The position numbers and the translations under genes are program-made. A DNA stretch of 63,770 nucleotides, the filler included, from Chiloscyllium plagiosum (lineage: Eukaryota): NCBI RefSeq assembly GCF_004010195.1. It is 5 parts of one record of this genome, joined end to end, with 100 filler letters (N's around TTAATTAATTAA, not from the genome) between each part and the next. Parts side by side here need not be neighbours in the genome. Positions count along the whole stretch, not along the records: positions 25,699 to 37,906 come from NC_057716.1; positions 38,007 to 57,591 come from NC_057716.1; 3 more parts are not named here. One strand, 5' to 3'. This document shows, piece after piece, positions 25,839 through 38,835 of the stretch (its first letter is position 1; every line of letters starts with the position of its first letter). Below the pieces are notes generated by a model. The model worked only from the letters and a program-made list of their open reading frames with translations. It made no database searches and had not been told where the DNA came from.

Positions 25839-27818
25839 ATAGGCAAGGAATGGTCAGGTGAAGGAGCCTTGGATGACAAGAGAAGAGGAGCTTCTTGTCA
25901 AGAGAAAAAAGGAAACTTATTAAGGTTGAGGAAGCAAGGATGTGGCACAGCTTTAGAGGATTACAGGGTACCTAGGAAAGAACTCAAAAAATGGCCTGAG
26001 GTGAGCTAGGAGGGGGCATGAAAATGCCTTGGAGGGAAGAATGAGGGAAAACCCAAAGGCATTCTACACTTACATGAGGAATAAGAGAATGACCAGAGAG
26101 AGGGTGGTGCTGATCAGAGATTGTGGAGGGAACTTGTGCCTGGAGTCTGAAGAGGTAGGGGAGGCTCTAAATGAGTTTTTTGCATCAGTATTCACTAGAG
26201 AGAGGCTCTTTGTTGATAGTGAGAACACCGTGGACCAGGTTAATAGGCTTAAACAGATTGATTTTAAGGAACTGGATGTGCTGGAAATTCTGGGAAGCAT
26301 CAAGGTAGATAAGTCCCCAGGGCTGAATTAGATATGTCCAAGGTTACAACGAGAAGTGAACAATGAGATTGCTGCGCCTTTGGCAATGATCATTGCATCC
26401 TCACTCTCCACTGGAGTAGTACCAGCTGATTGGAGGGAGGTGAATTTGTTCCTCTGTTCAAAAAAGGGAATAGGGAAACCCCTGGGAATTGCAGACCATG
26501 CAGTCTTACATCTGTGGTAAGCAAGGTACTGGAAAGGATTCTGAGAGATAGGATTTATGACTATTTGGAAAAACATTGTTTGATTAAAGATAGTCAGCAT
26601 GGCTTTGTGAGGGGCAAGTCATGCCTCACAAACCTTATTGAGTTCTTTGAGGACATCACAAGACAAGTTGACGAAGGTCGAACAGCGGATGTGGTGTGCC
26701 TGTATTTCAGTAAGACATTTGATAAAGTTCCCCATGGTAGGCTTATTCAGAAAGTTAGGGGGTATGGGATACTGGGAAATGTGGCTGCCTGTATAAAGAA
26801 GTGGCTGGCCGAAAGAAGACAGCGAGTGGTAGTCGATGGAAAGTATTCCGCCTGGCGGTCACTAACCAGTGTCCTTCAGGGATCTGTTCTTGGGCCTTTG
26901 CTCTTTGTAGTTTTTATACACGACTTGGATGAAGGGTGGGTTAAAAAGTTTGCAGGTGTTGTAGATAGTGTCGAGGGCTGTTGCAGGCTATAAGAAAACA
27001 TTGACAGGATGCAGAGCTGGACTGAGAAGTTGCAGATGGAGTTCAATCTGGATAAATGCAAAGTGATTCATTTTGGAAGGTCAAATTTGAATACTGAATA
27101 CAGGGTTAAAGACAGGACTCTTGGCACTGTGGAGGAACTGCAGGATCTTGGGGTCCACATACATAGGTCCCTCAAAGTTGCCACCTAAGTTGATAGAGTA
27201 TTTTGGCTTTCATTAACAGGGGGATTGAGTTTAAGAGCGGTAAGGTTTTGCTGCAACTCAATAAAATCCTGGTAGGACCATACTTGGAATAGTGTGTCCA
27301 GTTCTGGTTGCATCATTATCGGAAAGATGTCGATGCTTCAGAGAGAGTGCAGAGGAGATTTACCAGGTTGCTGCCTGTGTTGGAGGGCTTGTCTTATGAA
27401 GAGAGGCTTAGTGAGGTGGGGCTTTTCACACTGAAGAGAAGAAGGAAGAGAGGTGACTTGATAGAGGTGTACAGGTTAATGGGAGGCATAGATAGAGTAG
27501 ATAGACAAGAAACTTCTCCCAGGGCAGGAATGGCTGTCACAAGGGGTCATAATTTTAAGGTGTTTGGAGGAAGGTATTGGGGTGATGTCAGAGGTAGGCT
27601 CTTTACGCAGAGTGGTGGGTGCGTGGGATACACTGCCAGCAGTAGTAGTAGAGTTAGAGACATTAGGAACATGTAAGTGACTGCTGGACAAGCACATGGA
27701 TGGCAGTAAATTGAGGGGTGTGTAGGTTAGGTTGATCTTGGATTAAGATAAATGCTCGGCACAACATTGTGGGCTGTAGGCCTGTACTGTGCTGTACTGT
27801 TCTGTGTTCTACGTTCTA
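25839..27818 (+). mobile_element. 5'-truncated CR1 LINE with disrupted RT
   Basis: ORFs 26029..26331, 26430..26993 (HGFVRGKSCLTNL, FSKTFDKVPH, QGSVLGPLLF) and 27308..27676; stops and frameshifts; tgttctacgttcta tail. Confidence 0.95.
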
Positions 27819-27834
27819 ATACTGCAGTGAGTAA

Positions 27835-27998
27835 TTCACCTCCTGGCTTCCTAAAGCCTGTCCACCATCTACAAGACACAAGTCGGATGTGTGATGGAAC
27901 ATTCACCAGAGGCCTGCATGAATACAGCCCCAACAATGCTCAAGAAGCTTGACGCCATCCAGGCCAAAGCAGCCCGCTTGATTGGCACCACATCTACA
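27835..27998 (+). mobile_element. CR1-type LINE fragment
   Basis: SLSTIYKTQV...LKKLDAIQAKAARLIG type sequence. Confidence 0.7.
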
Positions 27999-28575
27999 GC
28001 AGATTTTGTATAATCTGTATTCCCTTCCTCAAAAGGCAGTAGATGCAAAATCTTTCAATACTTTGTAACAGAGGTTGATAGATACTTAATTATCAAGGAG
28101 ATGAAAGATTATTGGGGATATGCAGGAATGTAGAGTTGAGGTTAAAATCAGATCAGCCAGGATCTTATTGCATGGTGGAGCAGGTTCAAAGGGCCTTGTT
28201 TGGATGTTTATGAGATACTTCAATCCTACTTTATTGCACATTACCTGATCTAAAATAGCCTGTTCCTAAGTAGATTATGTTACTTATTGCTTTAAGAAAC
28301 AATCCCTGATGCACTTCACAAATTCACCTTCCAAGATATCCTTGCCCATTGGATTTGTCCAATCAACATGTGAATTAAAACCCTCTCCTTGCACCTCCAT
28401 TATTGCCCGATTTATATTTTGTCCTACAGTGAGGTAGTTCTTCAGGGCATACTGACTGTTCCGACTGATAAATTCTTTCCTCTGCTTTCCCTTATTCCAT
28501 CCAAACTGTTTCCGCAGGTGACCCCACTACACTACACACACACAAACATACCCTAGAAAGGACCCATTTATTCAT

Positions 28576-28724
28576 AGGAGCAGGAAAATCGATTCCTGAA
28601 GAAGGACTTTTGCCCGAAACGTCGATTTTCCTGCTCCTCGGACGCTGCCTGACCTGCTGTGTTTTTCCAGCATCACTCTAATCTAGACTCTGATTTCAAG
28701 CATCTGCAGTCCTAACTTTTGCCT
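28576..28724 (+). mobile_element. PLE tail with hammerhead motif and 17-bp inverted 5' extension
   Basis: CTGAAGA-A-GGAC-tttt-GCCC-GAAACGTC; aggagcaggaaaatcga (28576-28592) is the exact reverse complement of 28622-28638. Confidence 0.85.
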
Positions 28725-29039
28725 ATCCATGATATTATGTTAACTCATACACCATGAGTTTTTATTTTCTGCAGTAACCTTTGGTGTGGAACTTGATCAA
28801 ATAAATCTAGACTTGTAATTACAATACACTAGTTCCCCTTTATTTACAGCACATCGTACTTCTCGCAAGAGCTCCAATAAATTAGGTAAGGATCATTTTC
28901 CTTTGACAAAACCATGTCAGCCTGATTACCTTGAACTTATTCAAGTTCTCTGTTATAACATCTTTAGTAATAGCTCCTAACATTTTCTCTATGACAGAAG
29001 CTCTGGGTGAATAGCAATCACAATATGGCTGAATTTCAA

Positions 29040-31168
29040 ATTCAGTTTGAGTGATGGCACTTTGGGTCTTAAGCCAGTATCCTGAACTTAAATCAGGGCA
29101 ATAACATGGTTATGAAGAAAAAGACGTCTAAATTAGGCTGGGCAAGTACAATAAGGAGAAAGTCAATAAATGGTAAGTGGCAGAGAATTATGTAGATATT
29201 TCATGATGCTCAGCAAAGGTTTATTCTGGTCAAAATGAAGGACTCAATGAGAAGGATAAACCACCTATGGTTAACTAAGGTGGTCAAGGAGACTATTTAC
29301 TCAAAAGCTAAGGCAAATGAAGTGGCAAAAACTCATAGTAGGTCAGAGGATTGGGTTTCTTTTTTAGGAACCAGTTCTAGGTGACTAAAAGTAATTAAGA
29401 GAGAAAATTGATTATGAAAGTAAATTGACAAGAAATACAAATAAAAGCCGGCAAAAGATTCTACAGATATATAAAAAGGAAAAGAATAGCTAAAACAAAT
29501 GTACAATCATTGGAGATTGCAACTGGGAAGCTAAATAATGGGGAGCAAGGAAACAGTGGATAACTTAAACCACTATTTTGTATTGGTTTTCAGGTGGAGA
29601 ACAGGATAAACATCTCCAGCATAACTGATAAGCAAGGAGTTAGTTGGAGGAAAGAGCTTATAATAGCTGCTATTCCAAGGGAAAATTTAGTTGGCAAACT
29701 AATGGGACTAAAGGCAGATAGATTGCCAGGAACTGATACCCGACATCCCATTCGGAATATTCCAGAACTCTCTCACTTCCAGGATGGTTCCGATGGATTT
29801 GAAAAATATACCTGTTTAGAAGGGAGGAGACAAAGGAAACTATAAACCAGTTATCCTAACATCTGTCACTGGAATAAGTGAGGGTATTTAGAAAAGTTTA
29901 ATGCAACCAAACAAAGTCAACATGGTTTTATGAAAGAGAAATCATGTTGACCAATTTACTAGAATTCTTTTAGGATGTAATAAGCAGAGTTAATAAAGTG
30001 GCACTGATTGATGTAGTGCATTTGGATTTCCAAAAGGCAGTCGATAAGGTGCCATATAAAGGTTATGGAACAAGATAGCCCACGGCATTGAGGGATGTAT
30101 TAACATGGCTTGAGGATTGATAACACGCAGAAGACAGAAGGTCAGGATTAATAGATCTTTTTCTGATTGAAAAAATATAACTAGTGGAGCGCCGCAAGGG
30201 ACCTTAACTATTTACAATATATATTAATGATTTAGAGGCATATGCAAAGTATAATGTATCCAAATTTGCTGATGATGCAAAAACTAAATGGGAAAGGATG
30301 TTGTGATGAAGATGTCAGGAATCTGCAAAGGTATGTAAAGGTTGAGTGAATAGATAAAACTTGGTAGCTGCAGTTTACTTTAGGAAAGTAAGACGTTCTG
30401 CATTTTGGGAGGAAGAATCAAAAGACAGACTATAATACCAAAAAGTAGAGATTCTAAAAAAAAAAGCAGCACCGAGGGATCTGGGTATTCTTGTCATGGA
30501 TCACAAAAGGTTAGCTTAGAGGTTCAGCAGATAATTAAGAAGGCAAATGGATTTTTTGGCCTTTATTGCTCAGTGATTAGAGTTTAAAAATAGGGAAGGC
30601 TCATTACAACTTTAGAGTTGGTGTTGGTGAAACTGCACTTGGAGTACTGGTACAGTTTGGCTCCGTGCATTGGTACTGGAGACAGTTCAAAGGAGATTGC
30701 TTGGCTAATTCCTAGAATGAAGGGTTTTATCAAGAATGACTAAATAGTTTAGGTTTTATTCATTAGAGCTTAGAAAAATGAGGGCTATTCTTATTGAAAC
30801 ATATATGATTCTGAGAGGAGTTGACACGTAGGTCAGCTTTCCCCTAGTGGGGGATTCTTGGACCTGGGGATATAGTTATAGAAGAATAAGGTACACCATT
30901 TAAAATGGAGATACAAAGGAATTTCTTCTCTCAGGGAGTAGTGAATGTCTGGAATTCTCTACCCCAGAGAGTTGTGGAGACTAGGTCACAAAGTATTTAA
31001 AGAGGAGGCAGATAGATTTTTTTGAAGTATCACGAAGTCGAGGGTATGATAAGCTGACATGAAAAAGGTATTGAAGTCTGGGGCAGAACAACCATGATCT
31101 TATTGAACAATAGGACAGGTCTGAAAGGCCAAATAGCCTAATCCTGCTTCTATTTGTTATGTTCTTCT
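29040..31168 (+). mobile_element. Old, heavily mutated CR1 LINE
   Basis: Remnants of QHGFMKEKSC, LDFQKAVDKVP, SKFADD and FFSQGVVNVWNSLP; cctgcttctatttgttatgttc tail. Confidence 0.88.
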
Positions 31169-32589
31169 GTCCACTCTAAATTTTATTTGTCTATTTTATG
31201 TTAGATGCCTTGCATGTTGAACAATCAATCAGCATTGTAAGGTGTCCATTAGTGGAAGTTTACCTTCTTTTAGGCTGTGGCTTCAGTTGCTTTCAGCCAT
31301 GTCCATATGTTTCTGTATGTTAGATTGACCATGTTTACTCAGCAAAAGGGTTTATGCCTTTGACCAGCAAATAGAATCTACTCCACCTCTTAAATGATTG
31401 ATTCTTAAGTACTTGTTTTCATTGCAACATATTCTTGCAATGAAAAAAAATATCATTGCAACATATTCTTGCAATGATCAGAACACTCCTTAGATGCCAG
31501 ATGCAATAGTTAAAACAAGATTACTTACATTAATTTGATTGCATATCCTATATACCAATCCATTTCACCATTGGACCCTCACCCTCAAACCAAAAATGCA
31601 TAAAGAGATTTGGTTGAGAGCCCGACATCCATTAGTCTGTTTAAACAGATGTGCACAAGAGAAAACATTGCTTGGTGACAGTTTTTCTTTCTTCGCTTTG
31701 TGAATTTCACATTGTTTGTTTAAATCCAATAAAGAGGTGTCAAGTATAGTTTCTGGTTTTGGGAAATTGAAGATCTTGGTGATTGATATTTTTGCTACAT
31801 TGCCATAACAGCAGGGTTTTATTTGCTTAGGAAAGTTATACATGCCATTGATAATGTATGATTCATTGAATCTATACAGTGTGTCTCTGTTGAGCGAATC
31901 ATTCACAAAATGTGAATTGCTGTGAAGGATAGTTAGGTGTTGGTGGGGAGCATGGTTTTGCCTGAATAGGGCATGTGATCTGGGTTTGTGAGGTGGGAGG
32001 TTTTGAAGTTTGAGGCTCAGATTGAAGAAAGTGACTGGGACGCAGTCCCAGAGAGCTGAGGCAGGTTGGTCAGGCTTTTCAACCAACCAGCTGGGTAGCT
32101 GTAAATTACTTTGTCTGCCTTCACCTTTTTTCAGACCAGCGGGTTCTATAATTACCAGCGCACATCCCACTCCTCCTCCCCACCAAGAATAAAAGTAAGA
32201 CCTTGCTGGACTCTCTTTTTCTGGAAGTGTATGTTGCTAAGATTGGAAATTTCCCAACTTCTATTATACCATCCCCTATCACATAAATCCAGCCCAAAAT
32301 GACAGTATTTTAATTTCTCAGAGGCATTTGGGGATTTCCAAAATGGAGACTGCTGTTGGCAAACAGTCTGGGATTCATACATCTGTAATTAACAGCTCTG
32401 CTTGAGGAGCATAGTATTAAACAAAAGAAAGCCAGAAGGTGATTTTTCAGCTTGTGAAATGCCAAACCAGAGCAGAATGGTGTACGTTGGCCGTCAGGTT
32501 AATAGAGGTAGTTAGTGTCAGATTTTGATGGACCACTTTAGTATCTGAGGTAGCTTGCTCTTTATTGAGTTAAGCTGTTATCCTGCACC

Positions 32590-33170
32590 ATTATATTTGA
32601 TGATTGCGTGATGAAACATCAAAATGTGCTTCACAGAGAAACAAAAGTATTGAACTGTATAAGGAGATGCTCTATCAAAGGACTGATGCTTTGTCAAAGA
32701 AGAATCTTTGAGGAAATTAAAGTAATAATGCAGAGAAATGTCGGGCAGTGTTCCAGAGCTTGGCCCCTAGGCAACTGTAGGCATGGTCATCATTAATGGA
32801 GGACTTATAGCTGAGAGTTCACAGGAGGACAGAGTGGAGGATTACAGGTATCTTGGATTGACTGAAGGAGTTTACAGAGAGAGCGTATGAGGTGAGGCCA
32901 TGGATCATTTTAAAAACAATGATAAAAATTTTATAGTCAAAACATTGCCAGGTGGAGAGCCAATGTAAGTCAACAGGGTTGGTATGGGAATGGGTTTACG
33001 GATAAAGATAATTTTGTCATTGTTACTTCTAAACTCATCTATTTTGAAAATTATGGAAGGTAGAAAGAGGGCAATTAGTGGGAATTAATTGTAATAGGTG
33101 AGTTTAGAAGTAACAGACAAATGAGAGCTTCAGTAGCTGATCAGCCGAGACAAGACAAAGTCAGTCAAGT
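32590..33170 (-). mobile_element. L2-type LINE 3' fragment
   Basis: gtgttccagagcttggcccctaggcaactg..gaggccatggat..gagccaatgtaagtc, complementary in character to 24490-25030. Confidence 0.55.
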
Positions 33171-36100
33171 TTCCTCATATTTAATTGGAAATATTTAATC
33201 TTGCTTTCATCTAATGTTATCTCTTTTTGCTTAACCATGGTTGGAGAACTTTACTTGTGGAACTTTTAAAATTCCTGAAAATAATGTAAATTTGTTGCAA
33301 CTTATGCGTTGAGTGTTTAAATGGTAGCAATTGTTTATCAAGCATGGCTCTGTCTCTGGACTGTTTTCATTCCAGAAGGATCAGTGTGGGGGTTGGTGCA
33401 GGTGGAGCATTTAGTATCTATGCACCTGCAAGCAGAGGCTAGCTCACATGGCCAATTGTGGGGCTTTTAAAGTGAAAAAGGACCGAGTGATGGCAGACCC
33501 CTGGAGCAGGAGGTGCCAGAGCTCCATCCCCATATGGAAGCCCTGCACCTGCTAAAATCATTGGGCCATAGCTGTGGCCACTAGCTGTCGGCAGATATAT
33601 TTCCCCACTACAATGATGGCCTTTTACACATTTAAAATCTTTTAGACCGTATCTTCATCTTGAAATGTTCTCTCATACACCCTCCTGTTCCCACTGAAAC
33701 TGGTGAGATTGCAGATGGGTGATTGCTATTGAAAGTGTCTTATTGGCCGTTGAGTTTCAGGAGCCTGCCTGAATTGGATGATGATAGCACATCCTGCTAT
33801 CTAATGGACCACCTCGTCCAAAGCCATGTCTGTTGTCAGCTGCCAGTGTGACACGTGGCTGGGCCATGCAAATTCTCTAAGTGTCAGGTTTCCAATCCAA
33901 GAACAAAACTTCAGTCTCAGAAGTCAGCATTAGTACAATCCAGTACGTGCTTGATGATAAGACCTTGGCCCTTTTGTACTGAATGAAATTTGCATTTAAT
34001 TGGCTCTCATAAATCTGATGTGCATTATTTCCAGTGAGAAAATTTCAGAGGCTGTTTAATAAATTAGTTACCTTTGTTGTTTACAAATTACTGCAGTTTT
34101 AATTCGGAGCATACTGAAACCACGCTGTTTTAACATTGAATATTGAGAAAAAGAAATTGAACCAAATGACAAATGGGCCTGTATTTTCTAAGATTTACTT
34201 AATATCCTTATAGTCCTTCAATTCACTGCTCCAGTAGGTTAGCCTGCTTTCAGTAAGCATCTGGATTTAATAGGTGCCTGTCCCCAGCTTCCTCAGCTCA
34301 TCAGAATTGTTCAGACAAGGGAGGCACACACTCATGCTACCTGCCAGAATGACTCACACACCATATGTCTCTTCTGAATTTCAACTTGAATGGCTTTGGG
34401 GAAATGCGTTGCTTCAGCTGGAAAATGATTGTGAGAGTTTCACTTCTCAGTTGACACGTACATTATAAATGTTTGTTCTACGTAACTGTTTTATCAGTCA
34501 AAATGTATTCCAAAGGACTGCAACTGTTTTATTTTATTAATTCATCCATTTTCTTTCACACATTGACAGGAAGTACATGCCATGCCAGCACACTTCCTGC
34601 ATTTGTGCGGGCACCTACCCTGATGATGCAGCCATCGCTTGATATTAAATCATTTATGCCCTTTCCAATGGATACTGGCTCAGCTGTTGGACTCTTCCCG
34701 AATTTTAACACAGTGAGTAACAACTGGATTCTTTTTCTCTCTGTCGTTCAGATTGATTCAAATATTGGTACCCAGTAGATGGAGCCTTTCTCACAGAATG
34801 ATACAGACTCCAAGTCTTAGGCTGCAAATATTAATCCACGCTTCCAAATTGTTAGTTGATTTTATTACGTCAGAGACTTTGTCCATTTGACATTCCATAT
34901 TCGTCTGTGCAAATAGTCTTTTCTGGTTTCTGTTAACCCACTACATTGCAAAATAGCTGAAGCTGTGCAGCATTAAGCTACAAACAGCCGTGAACTGTTC
35001 AAGCTATTAAAATGCTGTTGGTCTGCTTTCGGAGGAGCTAAAAGAGCAACAGAGTAAGAGAAGGGAATATTGATTTTGAGCTAAATGGAATAAAATTGAT
35101 TTTGGCAGGTTTATGTAACCAAAAAATGTTTACATTTTTGTGGTTAATATTAAGTTAAAAACTGTCATTTTCATTACTTAGAAAAAAATATTTTAATATA
35201 TAATGTATTTTTTTTCAACTGTTATAATTTTGCATTTGATAGTTAGACATTGGATGACAAATTTTGAGAATCGGCAAGCTAGTAGAAATTAATACAATTA
35301 AATAATTATTGGAAAACTCTTTAATAGAGCAGTAGATGTAATCGTGATTGGTTTCAATTGCTGTATTTAATTGTTGACTTATTTTAGTGAACCTTCAATT
35401 GCTCCTTTTATGGTGGTATATAAAGCATTATGATGTTAAGAGAAGGCTTAGCTTTAGGTTTATGAGAAATACTGTTTGCAGAATGCACACTGGACTATCA
35501 GAGATGCAGCTATGTTGTAAATGCCTTTGAAATATTTACAGCATGTGCAGTGGTCAGTGCACAATGAAAATTGTATTTGGTGTATTCAAAATATCCTAAC
35601 TAATTATAGCTTGGTACAAAAAAATCAGTTTGTAGGACAAAAGCAAACCACATATGGATGTGAAAGATAAAGTTGTAGCAGACAAAATATTCTTGGCTCC
35701 TTAGAGAGTAAAGATTATATACATGGTAGTTGGATATCTGGTAGAGCATCATCAATGCCTTTATAATCAATAAAGAATTATGTTATCAACAGGAACAGAC
35801 TGGGTGTTTGAAATATAGCCAAGTGGTTAACGACATTAATTCTTTTAGCAAATTAATCTAGCGTGAAAAGAGAATGTAACAAGGGATTTCTGATGTGTTG
35901 TAAATTAAGCTGTTGTCAAAGACATTGTTTTTCAGCCAAGGTTGTGTTTTTAGAATCTTTTGTATGGTTCACAGTTTTCTAGTTCTAATTAATTACGTTG
36001 AAATTGGAAATTAGGAACTGAGAATATTTCAACCTCTGCGTTATTCTGTATCTTTTTTTTAGCCAGAAATCTGGAGAATTATGCCGTTCATTAAAATCAG

Positions 36101-37049
36101 ACAATTTTAATAACAATAGATTTTAGGTATTCCAGATTACAATTTTAATGCCAAATACTAAAACACAACCTGTTTTGAATGATATACAATGTTAACTCAT
36201 TGTTGTCATGATATTGGCAGGGATTGTATATGTCGGCACCAGTAAAATGGATAAAATTAGACACTATGCCTTCATCACTGAGCTGAATAGTAAATCAACA
36301 AAACCAAGGACCACAAACATCCCATCATTTGACTGCAAAAAAAAAGAAATCCTCAGGTAGACTGCTAGGAGTTTCATTTCATTCCAGGCATAATCACTGG
36401 TCTTCCTGAAATAACAACAAAAAAAGAAAAATAACACTTATTTTGATAATGTTGCCCAAAACCAGACATTCCTACTTATGAACATGTCAATCTATGAAGC
36501 TACATTTAGAAGAAGTCAAAATAGAACCTAATAAATGCAGTTGACATTGTTTATGTAGTGTTACAAATGCATAATTTTAAGATATGGATTGTAACATTTG
36601 TTCACGTTATTTTGTTCTATGAGACTGTGACTTAAATGTGGAATAGATGAAAGAAAGCTTGGTTTGGATAGCGTAAATAGTTCTGGAATTGTAGATTAGG
36701 AGGCAAGTCATATTGTGTTGCTGGGCTGATGGCGAGAGAAATTCACATTTAGGATTATAATGGAACATGTGACTATCTCTTGAACAGCTGCGTTGGCTGT
36801 ACTCAGGTTGGGAATGGTTTGATGCCGAGGTAGAAACCCGGAGAAGGGGATTCACTTATTTATGAAAAAGATGAGAAGAAAATTTGAAGGCACTGGTAAA
36901 TAAAAGTTTTAAAGTACCCATATACTTGTCCGATCAAAAGACACATTTACAGCGAAAAGTAATTCATTTGTGTTTCCATCAGGGAATAGGCCCTATGTGC
37001 CATGATGCTATGGAGTTGAACTGTGAGTAGGTGGGGTGGGGGCGAGGAC

Positions 37050-37200
37050 TGATGGTGCAGTGATTGTGAAGTAACTCCAAGGAGGCCAGTATCCCATCAC
37101 CAAGGCACTCTTTTTATTTACATATGTACAATACATGACCTCAGACCCAGCTAGTTCAGAGTCAGTCTCAAGATTAATAAGAATCCCTGACACTCCTGGT
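37050..37200 (-). mobile_element. LTR-like fragment hosting the Tx1-like stack
   Basis: Minus strand ends ...gcaccatca with AATAAA at 37113-37118; interrupted at gacactcctg(g)tt. Confidence 0.4.
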
Positions 37201-37906
37201 TATTTTTTTCTATTTTTTCTTTTTTTTCTTTGTTTTTCTTTTTTAACCCCCACACTACCACCTAACTGCGGTAGTGCTTATTTTTTCCCCAGCACCCATG
37301 TTGTGTGTGTGCAGGTGTGAGACACAGTGAGAGACACAAGGTGTACAAATCTTTATTCAATTTCCACCATCAGGAAGATAGGAAAACACCCGAGTGGCCA
37401 GTGACAAGCAGTGCCCTTCACAAAAAAGGCAATGCTGTGTGATCAAACAGTGAAGGGGAGGGTAGCGACTAAATCAAAATAGAGTTGGAGGGGACACTCC
37501 TGTTTTTTTTTATGTTTTTAAAAGGGAAAACACCCGAGTGGCCAGAGACAAGCAGTGCCCATCACATCAAAGGGCAACGCTGTATGATCAGACACTCTTG
37601 TTCTTTATTTATTTATTTATTTTTTAATGTAACCTCCACACTACCGCCTAACTGCGGTAGTGCTTATTTTTTCCCCAGCACCCATGGTGTGTGTGTGTGC
37701 AGGTGTGAGACACAGTAAAAAACACAAAGTGCACGAATCTTTATTCAATTTCCACCACCAGGAAGATAGAAAAACACCCGGGCAGTGCTGTGTGATCAAA
37801 AACAGTGAAGGGGAGGGTAGGGACTAAATCAAAATAGAGTTGGGGGGAGAAATAATGCACTCCACTCCCTGCGGCACCCACCTCTCCCTGAACAACTCCA
37901 GGGTGT
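37201..37906 (-). mobile_element. Three tandem Tx1/L1-clade retrotransposon 3' ends (37201-37492, 37505-37590, 37603-37906)
   Basis: Each starts with poly-T and shares 3' UTR sequence; the third encodes TLELFRERWVPQGVECIISPPNSILI* (Tx1-like ORF2 end); separated by gacactcYtg repeats. Confidence 0.78.
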
Positions 37907-38006
37907 NNNNNNNNNNNNNNNNNNNNNNNNNNNNNNNNNNNNNNNNNNNNTTAATTAATTAANNNNNNNNNNNNNNNNNNNNNNNNNNNNNNNNNNNNNN
38001 NNNNNN
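37907..38006. other. Artificial scaffold linker
   Basis: 44 N + TTAATTAATTAA + 44 N. Confidence 0.97.
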
Positions 38007-38832
38007 CTGGGATCTTTCTTCCTTTTTGGAATGAACTGATCCTGCATCTTCTGCATTATACACAGAAATATCTGCTATTGTTCCTCCACGGTCATCCCTG
38101 CGAAGGTATTGCACCATTGAACTTTGGCCAGCTCCTCCCTCATAGCTCCATAGTTCCCTTTATTCAACAGAAGTACTGTCACTTCCGACTGTACCCTCTC
38201 TCTCAAATTGCAGATTGAAGCTTAATGTATTATGGTCACTACTTCCCAATGGCTCCTCCACTTCGAGGTCTCTGACCAATTCTGGTTCGTTACACAATAC
38301 CAGATCCAGAATTGCCTTCTCCCTGGTCGGCTCCAGCACCAGCTGCTCTAAGAATCCATCTCTGAGGCACTCCACAAAGTCTCTTTCTTGAGGTCCAATA
38401 CCATCCTGATTCTCCCAGTCTACCTATATGTTAAAATCCCCCATAACAACTGTAGTAACATCTTTACGACAGGCCAATTTCAGCTCCTGATTCAACTTAC
38501 ATCCGACATCCGGACTACTGTTTGAGGGCCTGTAGATGACTCCCAAGAGGGTCTTTTTACCCTTAGTATTTCGCAGCTCTATCCACACTGACTCTACATC
38601 CCCTGACTCTAGGTCCCCCCGCGCAAGGGAATGAATATCCTCCCTTACCAACAAGGCCACCCCACCCCCTCTGCCCGTCAGTCTGTCCTTACGATAGCAC
38701 GTGTAGCCTTGAATATTCATTTCCCAGGCCCTGTCCACGTGAAGCTACGTCTCAGTTATCCCCTTCAAGTATCTGCCAATTTCCAAAAGAGCCTCAAGCT
38801 CATCCATCTTATGTCTAATGCTTCGTGCATTC
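38007..38832 (-). mobile_element. CR1 LINE ORF2 apurinic-like endonuclease region
   Basis: YRKDRLTGRGGGVALLV, ESVWIEL, LGVIYRP, VVMGDFN, PTREKAILDLVL, LGSSDHN; one in-frame stop. Confidence 0.93.
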
Positions 38833-38835
38833 ATT

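Noticed and set aside
26430..26993. Host reverse transcriptase gene
   Set aside because: Part of a truncated, frameshifted CR1 with the FADD motif region deleted
31565..32170. 201-aa minus-strand ORF as a gene
   Set aside because: GTG start, no recognisable domain, no convincing exon boundaries; a BLASTp hit would be needed
36753..36806. 54-nt exon candidate (DYNGTCDYLLNSCVGCTQ)
   Set aside because: Weak acceptor tract and weak donor (GTTGGG); peptide not recognised
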